NCBI GenBank assembly: GCA_026391215.1
Contig: JAPLDX010000108.1
Location: 1 to 44,647 of the forward strand
Reading direction: 5' to 3'
Origin: Bacteroidia bacterium
GTDB lineage: Bacteria; Bacteroidota; Bacteroidia; Bacteroidales; VadinHA17
DNA length: 44,647 bases
Part shown: positions 38,516 through 44,647 of the stretch, piece after piece
How the letters are laid out: each line of letters starts with the position of its first letter
Position numbering within the stretch: position 1 is the stretch's first letter
Program-made: the position numbers and the translations under genes
The notes under the pieces: generated by a model
Database searches by the model: none
What the model saw: the letters and a program-made list of their open reading frames with translations, nothing else
Told to the model about the DNA's origin: nothing

Positions 38516-38589
38516 TCGGGGTGATCTGACTCGAACAGACGACCCCTTGCACCCCATGCAAGTGCGCTAGCCAACTGCGCCACACCCCG
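38516..38589 (-). tRNA. tRNA-Pro(GGG)
   Basis: CGGGGTGTGGCGCAGTTGGCTAGCGCACTTGCATGGGGTGCAAGGGGTCGTCTGTTCGAGTCAGATCACCCCGA; full cloverleaf, anticodon GGG, CCA not fully encoded. Confidence 0.96.
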
Positions 38590-38610
38590 AATTATTTTTT
38601 TCGCCCCGGC

Positions 38611-38677
38611 CAGACGACCCTCCCGACCCATGGTCGTGATGCGCTAGCCAATCCCGAGTATTCGGGACCACACCCCG
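38611..38677 (-). pseudogene. Partial tRNA-Pro duplicate with TCCCGA...TCGGGA hairpins substituted into the D and anticodon arms
   Basis: Shares CGGGGTGTGG, TTGGCTAGCGCA and GGGTCGTCTG with the adjacent tRNA in the same order; lacks the T-loop and 3' acceptor strand. Confidence 0.75.
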
Positions 38678-38707
38678 CTTCGCACACCGTAGCTTTAGCG
38701 AAGGCGG
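38678..38707. repeat. REP-like palindromic repeat
   Basis: Minus strand CCGCCTTCGCTAAAGCTACGGTGTGCGAAG, resembling dispersed CTTCGC-AAGCTACGG intergenic repeats. Confidence 0.45.
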
Positions 38708-38718
38708 TCAATACGCTG

Positions 38719-38726
38719 CAAAAATA
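38719..38726 (-). promoter_or_regulatory. Housekeeping -7 promoter element for the pseudo-tRNA/tRNA-Pro unit
   Basis: TATTTTTG(CAGC) on the minus strand. Confidence 0.6.
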
Positions 38727-38753
38727 ATCAACTATTCCGATTCTGCAAAAAAA

Positions 38754-38788
38754 CAGCTACCGGCTACCGGCAACAGGCTACCGGCAAA
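38754..38788. repeat. Heptamer tandem repeat (CGGCTAC-like, about 5 units)
   Basis: CAGCTAC CGGCTAC CGGCAAC AGGCTAC CGGCAAA; also CCCTGCG x2 at 38801-38814. Confidence 0.75.
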
Positions 38789-38863
38789 CATACCTCATTA
38801 CCCTGCGCCCTGCGCCAAATAAATCATGATATTTAATTATATTTGGAATCAAAACTATCCTTC

Positions 38864-40030
38864 ATGAAACGAAAACCTCTAAGCCGCAGAAAATTCGTCA
38901 GTATACTTGGCGCCGGCAGCGCTCTCCTTGCAGCAAAGCCTCTTGCAGGAATTACATCTGAAACAATCCAGCCAAAACCGAAACCGGCAACAAATATCAG
39001 TGATGCAGCCAAAACTCCAAGAAAACCGGACTCTATGCCGGGAATATATCCTGGTAAAGTTATCCTGGTAAGTCATCAGAATACAGTTGTCAATAATGAA
39101 CCTGTTGAGACGGTTGCTTATATCATGCTTCAAAGAGCAATGCTGGAGCTTACGGGACAGAAAAGTCTGAAGAAGGCCTGGAGGACATTTGTAAGCCCGG
39201 GCGAAAGGATCGGACTGAAGGTGAATCCGGTAGCAGGCAAAGAGCTTTACACAAGCCATGCAGTAGTGAAATCCGTTATTAAACAATTGACAGAGAGCGG
39301 AATAAGGAAAGAAGATATAATCATCTGGGACAGAAGGGATATGGAGCTTAAAGATGTCGGCTTCACTGCAGAAAACTACCCCGGAATAAAGATCAGGGGT
39401 ACGGAGTGTAAGGATGAAAACGGTTCATTCTATGATAAGGATGGAAAACTGTACGGGGAAAGGAATATTGATAAGGATTGGTTCTACCGGGCTGATGTGG
39501 AAAGCGAATATGATGCCGAAACAATGCCTTACATGATAAATACTGGCAAGTATTCCTATTTCAGCAAAATAATAACTCAGGAAGTGGATAAGATCATTAA
39601 CATCCCGATACTGAAGAATGCCGGCAGCTCAATCACCAACGCCATGAAAAACCTGGCTTTCGGATCAGTATCCAACACCGGCCGCCTGCATGCGCAATTG
39701 TGGAACGAAACCTGCGCCGAAGTATGCGCATTCGCTCCTTTACGTGACAAAGTTGTTCTTAATATAACTGATGGACTCAAAGGATGTTTTAACGGCGGTC
39801 CGGGTGCAAATCCCCAGTTTATATGCAACTACAATACTCTCCTTGCCGGATCCGATCCTGTAGCTATGGACAGGATCGCGTATGATATAATTGCTGAAAA
39901 GAGAATCGCTGAAGGCTTGCTTAAAGAACCAAATCCGGATGTACTCACCTTCCTTAAGATGTCTGCTGATCTTGGCCTGGGCATCTGGGAGAAAGAAAAG
40001 ATTGAACTTAAGATATTTGAACTGACATAA
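38864..40030 (+). CDS. DUF362 domain protein with Tat signal
   Basis: SRRKFV twin-arginine; IGLKVN, IINIPILK, AMKNL, DPVAMD. ATG 38864 preferred because a TATATTTG promoter element (38838-38845) overlaps the ORF-track TTG. Confidence 0.82.
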   Translation: MKRKPLSRRKFVSILGAGSALLAAKPLAGITSETIQPKPKPATNISDAAKTPRKPDSMPGIYPGKVILVSHQNTVVNNEPVETVAYIMLQRAMLELTGQKSLKKAWRTFVSPGERIGLKVNPVAGKELYTSHAVVKSVIKQLTESGIRKEDIIIWDRRDMELKDVGFTAENYPGIKIRGTECKDENGSFYDKDGKLYGERNIDKDWFYRADVESEYDAETMPYMINTGKYSYFSKIITQEVDKIINIPILKNAGSSITNAMKNLAFGSVSNTGRLHAQLWNETCAEVCAFAPLRDKVVLNITDGLKGCFNGGPGANPQFICNYNTLLAGSDPVAMDRIAYDIIAEKRIAEGLLKEPNPDVLTFLKMSADLGLGIWEKEKIELKIFELT

Positions 40031-40037
40031 AGAGGTG

Positions 40038-40109
40038 AACGATCAAACGTTCAAACGATCAAACGATCGAACGATCGAACGATCGAACGATCAAACGATC
40101 AAACGATGA
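40038..40109. repeat. Octamer tandem repeat (AACGATCR) x9
   Basis: Nine near-perfect units fill the gap between DUF362 and the next gene. Confidence 0.92.
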
Positions 40110-40115
40110 ACAATT

Positions 40116-40922
40116 ATGAACAGACTTCTTATCATACTTTCACTCCTTGTTCCCCTGGCCTGCTACCCGCAGATCCCTGCTAACTTTCCCGTCATTGATA
40201 AAAATGATCTTCCCGATGCAAAACTCCAGCCTGCAAGGCACTTTACGGGAGAATCTCTTTTTGGCTATATGAACGGAGGAGCAGAACTATACAGGGAGTA
40301 TGGAATAACTGACGCCGTAATAACGGAATTTGACCTTGACGGCGGGCATTATAAATGCGAGGTATTCAAAATGACAGGACCCGAAGAGGCTTTTGGAATC
40401 TATTCTGTATCAAAATACAGGTGCTTAAGTTCTCCCCGCATTTCACAATACACCTGCCAGAACAGGTATCAGCTTCAGATCTGCAAGGGTCCATATTATA
40501 TAAGTATAATTAACCGGTCCGGGACAAGCGCCGATTCAGTAGTTCTACTGAAGACGGGGAAGATTCTTGAAGCTAAGATAAATGAGTCCTCTCCTGATCT
40601 GTCGGCTTTCATTCCCGATGCTGATTCTAATGACCTGAACCTTAATTCAATACTGGCAAAAGGAAAACTTGGTCTGGTAAATGGAGCGGCTGACTGGGAA
40701 GATTATTTTAAGGATGTGACCGGTTATTATACCCTGATATATAAGACACAGGAAAGAACCTTCGTTTCTGTCAGGTTTAAAAGACCTGAAGATTTCAAAT
40801 TGTTTATAAATTTCCATGGTTGGACCATCTGTGATTTAAGCGCTTCCGATGTTAAAAAAGCAAACGGGGAAATCCTGAGAATGCTGGGAGAGAATCATAT
40901 ACTTGTAAGATTTAATAATTGA
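40116..40922 (+). CDS. Exported hypothetical protein, DUF6599-like
   Basis: Signal peptide; LFGYMNGGAELYREYG and AFGIYS motifs. Confidence 0.65.
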   Translation: MNRLLIILSLLVPLACYPQIPANFPVIDKNDLPDAKLQPARHFTGESLFGYMNGGAELYREYGITDAVITEFDLDGGHYKCEVFKMTGPEEAFGIYSVSKYRCLSSPRISQYTCQNRYQLQICKGPYYISIINRSGTSADSVVLLKTGKILEAKINESSPDLSAFIPDADSNDLNLNSILAKGKLGLVNGAADWEDYFKDVTGYYTLIYKTQERTFVSVRFKRPEDFKLFINFHGWTICDLSASDVKKANGEILRMLGENHILVRFNN

Positions 40923-40927
40923 TTATT

Positions 40928-41932
40928 ATGGATATGTTCAAACAAATGGACGTTCAGCCCGGTTCAAATAAGGGTGATCATAATGAAACAGAAAGGGTGA
41001 AATGTCTGATAATAGGCTCAGGTCCGGCCGGATATACGGCAGCAATTTATGCTGCCAGGGCTAACCTCAATCCTGTTCTTTATACCGGAATGGAAATGGG
41101 AGGGCAGCTTACGACGACAACAGACGTTGAAAATTTCCCAGGATATCCTGATGGAATAACAGGACCTCAAATGATGGAGGATTTTAAAAAACAAGCCGAA
41201 AGATTTGGAGCAGATATTCGATTCGGCGTCGCGACAGAGGTTGATTTTTCGGGTATGAATCGAAGAGTAATAATTGATGGACACACTATGGTCGATGCTG
41301 ATGCAATTATCATAGCCACAGGCGCAACTGCGCGTTACCTTGGACTGGAAGCAGAAAAGAAATATGCCGGGATGGGCGTTTCAGCCTGTGCAACATGTGA
41401 CGGTTTTTTCTACAAACAGAAAGATGTTGCTGTTGTGGGGGGAGGAGACACTGCTGCAGAAGAAGCGACATACCTTGCGGGATTGTGCAATAAAGTGTAC
41501 TTGATCGTCAGGAGAAATGTCCTCAGGGCATCAAAGACAATGCAGCAAAAAGTGATGAACACTAAGAATATTGAGATCCTCCGGGAGCATCAGGCTGTTG
41601 ATCTTTTTGGAGAAAACGGGGTCGAAGGAGCGGTACTTGTAAAGGGAAAAGGTACCCCGCTGGAGAAGATAGTAAAAATAAAAATCGACGGATTCTTCCT
41701 GGCAATAGGACATACTCCGAATTCTGATGTTTTTAAAAAATTTATTGAGACAAATGAAGCCGGGTATATAATAACTGTCCCTGGAACCTCAAAAACAAAT
41801 GTCCCGGGAGTATTTGCAGCAGGTGATGTGCAGGATCCTCATTACAGGCAGGCGGTTACTGCTGCAGGCTCAGGATGCATGGCTGCCATCGACGCAGAAC
41901 GGTATTTATCAGAGAAGAAAAACAACATATGA
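40928..41932 (+). CDS. trxB: Thioredoxin-disulfide reductase
   Basis: IIGSGPAGYTAAIY, GGQLTTTTDVENFPG, CATCDG, AAGDVQD..YRQA. Exact start uncertain (40919, 40928 or 40934). Confidence 0.96.
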   Translation: MDMFKQMDVQPGSNKGDHNETERVKCLIIGSGPAGYTAAIYAARANLNPVLYTGMEMGGQLTTTTDVENFPGYPDGITGPQMMEDFKKQAERFGADIRFGVATEVDFSGMNRRVIIDGHTMVDADAIIIATGATARYLGLEAEKKYAGMGVSACATCDGFFYKQKDVAVVGGGDTAAEEATYLAGLCNKVYLIVRRNVLRASKTMQQKVMNTKNIEILREHQAVDLFGENGVEGAVLVKGKGTPLEKIVKIKIDGFFLAIGHTPNSDVFKKFIETNEAGYIITVPGTSKTNVPGVFAAGDVQDPHYRQAVTAAGSGCMAAIDAERYLSEKKNNI

Positions 41933-42315
41933 AAACATTTAAAAAGACATTTAAGATAAATGCTGAATCATCTGATGTGTATTCAGCTCTTACAAATCCG
42001 TATACAATTGAATTATGGTCCGGTTATCCTGCAGTGATGTCTGAAGTCCCGGGCAGCGAGTTCTCACTCTGGGAAGGTGATATCACCGGGAAAAACCTTG
42101 AATTCATCAGGGATAAGAAAGTTATGCAGGAATGGTATTTCGGCGAGCAGACTGACAAATCAATTGTCACTATATCAATTCAGCCCGAAGGGGAAAATTC
42201 ACAGGTTACTGTCGAACATACTAATATTCCGGATAAAGATTTTGCTGAAATTGCTGAAGGATGGAGGGAATATTATATTGGTGCAATAGTGAATTTCTTC
42301 AATCCCAATTTCTGA
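41929..42315 (+). CDS. SRPBCC/AHSA1 domain protein
   Basis: DVYSALT, FSLWEGDITG, GWREYY; ATG overlaps the trxB stop (ATGA). Confidence 0.85.
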   Translation: MKTFKKTFKINAESSDVYSALTNPYTIELWSGYPAVMSEVPGSEFSLWEGDITGKNLEFIRDKKVMQEWYFGEQTDKSIVTISIQPEGENSQVTVEHTNIPDKDFAEIAEGWREYYIGAIVNFFNPNF

Positions 42316-42321
42316 TCCTGA

Positions 42322-42966
42322 TCAGGAAAAGATTTTATAAAGGTCTTCAACGCCTGCATAGATAAGAGTTCCGATGCCTTTATAGCAATGTGTGTGAGCA
42401 TATTCCTGCACATCCTCGTTCCACCTTGGTATCCACGATAAAAGATACTGGTCAATATACCGCAGGATCTCCTTTCTCATCTCACAGCAGCATGGATCAT
42501 CATCAAGTACCATATATTTATCCACAAGCTTCGTAAGAAAAAGAAGCTCTATGCCGAGATGATCATCAGGAATTTTATTCAAAGGCTTTAACTGCCATCC
42601 ATACGAGTGATAAAACTCATTGACCTTTTTTCCGGCATTCTTCTTATCGGCAAGATAAATAGAAGACTGGGCAGGAGCCAGGGGCAGCCCGGTTACTGCA
42701 AAGAGCCGGTAATAATCTTCTTCAAGTCTTTTTCTGCACGTTTCTTTATCATCACACGAATCCTTTAAAAGGGATGCTGCCTTTATGAATCTTGGATTTG
42801 AGCTAGTAAAAGGGAGTTTCTTCAGATTGCCGCTTACCCAGAAATCGATCACACATTCGTCCGTGGGTTCATTCATTATCATGCTTCCGGCAAAATATAG
42901 CAGCATGTTATATCCCTTGAGAAGATTCTTTCGATCCGGTGTTATGTTATTGTTTTCAGGTTCCAT
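42322..42966 (-). CDS. TorD/DmsD-family redox enzyme maturation chaperone
   Basis: DYYRLF, PDDHLGIELLFL, LLSWIP motifs. Confidence 0.82.
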   Translation of the reverse strand: MEPENNNITPDRKNLLKGYNMLLYFAGSMIMNEPTDECVIDFWVSGNLKKLPFTSSNPRFIKAASLLKDSCDDKETCRKRLEEDYYRLFAVTGLPLAPAQSSIYLADKKNAGKKVNEFYHSYGWQLKPLNKIPDDHLGIELLFLTKLVDKYMVLDDDPCCCEMRKEILRYIDQYLLSWIPRWNEDVQEYAHTHCYKGIGTLIYAGVEDLYKIFS

Positions 42967-43023
42967 ATCAGGAGGAAGTTCCGGTATTTAAAAGTGTATA
43001 ACGAATGGCAGGGGATAATGTTC

Positions 43024-43059
43024 AAAAAAATCCCCCTCCTTGCGACAGCAGGGAGGGGG
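43024..43059 (-). terminator. Intrinsic terminator of the alpha-oxoamine synthase gene
   Basis: CCCCCTCCTTGC-GACA-GCAGGGAGGGGG stem, followed by T7 on the minus strand. Confidence 0.8.
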
Positions 43060-43087
43060 TTATAGGGGATGGGTACGTGCACTATAT

Positions 43088-44332
43088 TTATTTTGAAAAA
43101 TCTGCTACCTCGTTGGGATACAAATTGTTATCGATCTTTCTCTTGATTTCAGAAAATGCTTTTACAGTATATTCAACATCCTTTAGAGTATGTTCAGCTG
43201 TCGGGATGAGCCGCAACATGACCACATCTCTGGGGACAACAGGGTAAATGACAACCGAGCAGAATACGCCGAAATTTTCTCTCAGGTCATATATAAGCTG
43301 TGTTACCTGGAATAGCGGGCATTTGAAGAATACCGGAGTTACAGCAGATTCAGTGCGGCCGAGATCAAGTCCGGCTTCCTTTAAGCCTTTCTGAAGCGCA
43401 TGGACAATAATCCACAGCTTCTCTTTATATTCAGGATGAGCCTTGATAAGCTCAAGCCTCTTGATGGCACCAAGCGTCATGGCCATAGGGAGTGACTTTG
43501 CATAGATCTGCGACCTCAGGTTAAACCGGAGGTAGGTCACAATTTCTTTTGTGCTTGCCACGAATCCTCCGATTCCGGCCATCGATTTTGCAAAAGTTGC
43601 AAAATAAATATCTATCTGATCCTGAACTCCAAAGTGCTCCCCTGTACCTGCGCCGGTGGGTCCCATTGTTCCAAATCCGTGAGCATCATCAACCAGGAAC
43701 CGGAAATTATATTTTTTCTTCAGTGCAGCAATCTTGTCAAGCTTGCCGAGATCTCCTGCCATTCCGAAAACACCTTCCGTAATTACAAGGATACCTCCTC
43801 CTGATTCTTCAGTCAGCTTTGTTGCACGCTGAAGCTGTTTTTCACAGTTTTCAATATCATTATGCGGAAAAACAAATCTTTTACCGAAATGAAGCCTCAG
43901 TCCGTCCATGATGCATGCATGAGCTTCAGAATCATATACAATAACATCATGCCTGTCGACAAGGGAATCAATGATAGAGACCATTCCCTGGTAACCGTAA
44001 TTGAGAAGATATGCAGATTCTTTCTTTACAAATTCTGCAGCCATCTTCTCGAATCTCTCATGATTGGTGGTCTGTCCCGACATCATTCTTGCTCCCATAG
44101 GATATGCAAGTCCGTACTGTTTGGTGTACTCAGCGTCTGCTTTCCTTACTTCAGGATTATTTGCAAGTCCAAGGTAATTGTTCAGACTCCAGTTCAGTAC
44201 TTCTTTTCCCCTGAACATCATCCTGGGTGCAATCTCTCCCTCAAGTTTCGGGAACATGAAATAGCCATCAGCAAGTCCTGAGTACTGCCCGAGGGCACCC
44301 TTGTTTGATTTGATTTTGTCAAAAATATCCAT
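43088..44332 (-). CDS. PLP-dependent alpha-oxoamine synthase family enzyme (BioF/Kbl/serine palmitoyltransferase-like)
   Basis: NNYLGL, HACIMDG, EGVFGMAGD, VDDAHGFG, TFAKS. ATG 44332 preferred; TACTTTTG promoter element at 44360-44367. Confidence 0.88.
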   Translation of the reverse strand: MDIFDKIKSNKGALGQYSGLADGYFMFPKLEGEIAPRMMFRGKEVLNWSLNNYLGLANNPEVRKADAEYTKQYGLAYPMGARMMSGQTTNHERFEKMAAEFVKKESAYLLNYGYQGMVSIIDSLVDRHDVIVYDSEAHACIMDGLRLHFGKRFVFPHNDIENCEKQLQRATKLTEESGGGILVITEGVFGMAGDLGKLDKIAALKKKYNFRFLVDDAHGFGTMGPTGAGTGEHFGVQDQIDIYFATFAKSMAGIGGFVASTKEIVTYLRFNLRSQIYAKSLPMAMTLGAIKRLELIKAHPEYKEKLWIIVHALQKGLKEAGLDLGRTESAVTPVFFKCPLFQVTQLIYDLRENFGVFCSVVIYPVVPRDVVMLRLIPTAEHTLKDVEYTVKAFSEIKRKIDNNLYPNEVADFSK

Positions 44333-44494
44333 GATTATTTTGTTTGAATAAAATTTTCCCAAAAGTAAAAATTAACACCTGTTTCCTGATACCTATTTAT
44401 ACCTAATTTATAAACACAACCCTTTTTCTTATTTATTTTGAAGGACTACCCTTTTTTACAAATTACTTTAGTAGAAATTGTTAAGGATCTTGGG

Positions 44495-44516
44495 GATTCC
44501 TCGCTTCGCTCGGAAT
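44495..44516. repeat. REP-like repeat remnant
   Basis: GATTCCTCGCTTCGCTCGGAAT, a GC-rich imperfect hairpin in AT-rich intergenic DNA. Confidence 0.5.
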
Positions 44517-44647
44517 TGTAAATGTTAGATAATTCGTAGACAATATTTACTTTATACTTAAAATGAATATTTAGTCTATGAGAGATAATACAAGTAATCT
44601 GACTCTTACAAGAAACTATCTTCAGAAGTATCGATTCTTAATTAGAG

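Noticed and set aside
38340-38631. ORFs 38340-38585 and 38425-38631
   Set aside because: They are translations across the tRNA-Pro gene.
40038-40109. CRISPR array
   Set aside because: Contiguous 8-mers without spacers, and no cas genes in the window.
1340-44281. Numerous 60-160 aa ORFs nested in or antisense to long genes
   Set aside because: Shadow ORFs with no recognisable motifs, overlapping confidently assigned CDSs.
43088-44332. Specific call as spt, bioF or kbl
   Set aside because: The family is clear, but specificity cannot be resolved by eye.

Overview
Bacteroidota chromosome segment, probably an anaerobic Bacteroidales (TAnnTTTG promoters, SusC/SusD, Gln-type signal peptides). Left (1-11.8 kb): a signal-peptide methyltransferase, an LhgO-like oxidase, a beta-1,3-glucan cluster (six-hairpin GH, GH16, GH55) containing an apparently exported deaminase, a FISUMP lipoprotein, asnA and small accessory genes. 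Centre (11,811-38,320): a visibly AT-richer 26.5-kb polysaccharide-utilisation island, bracketed by two diverged ~139-bp IS21-like miniature elements and lying next to tRNA-Pro(GGG). It encodes an ECF sigma factor, FecR, STN-SusC, SusD, GH105, GH116, GH172, a heparinase II/III-like lyase, GH78, a 3-keto-glycoside oxidation/elimination module and an MFS sugar porter. It also encodes a cobalamin-binding corrinoid protein and a URO-D/MtaA-type methyltransferase. A bipartite motif (ATGAGAW-N14-GRTATWATRTA) occurs five times with identical spacing inside the island, in front of the corrinoid gene, fecR-susCD, the DUF1080 operon, GH78 and an ORF-less ~180-nt unit (candidate sRNA). Best hypothesis (inference): a mobile, ECF-controlled PUL that couples glycan breakdown to B12-dependent O-demethylation of methylated sugars. 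Right: tRNA-Pro preceded by a hairpin-invaded pseudo-tRNA copy, then DUF362, trxB, an SRPBCC protein, a TorD-like chaperone and an alpha-oxoamine synthase. All family calls come from motif recognition by eye; no searches were run.
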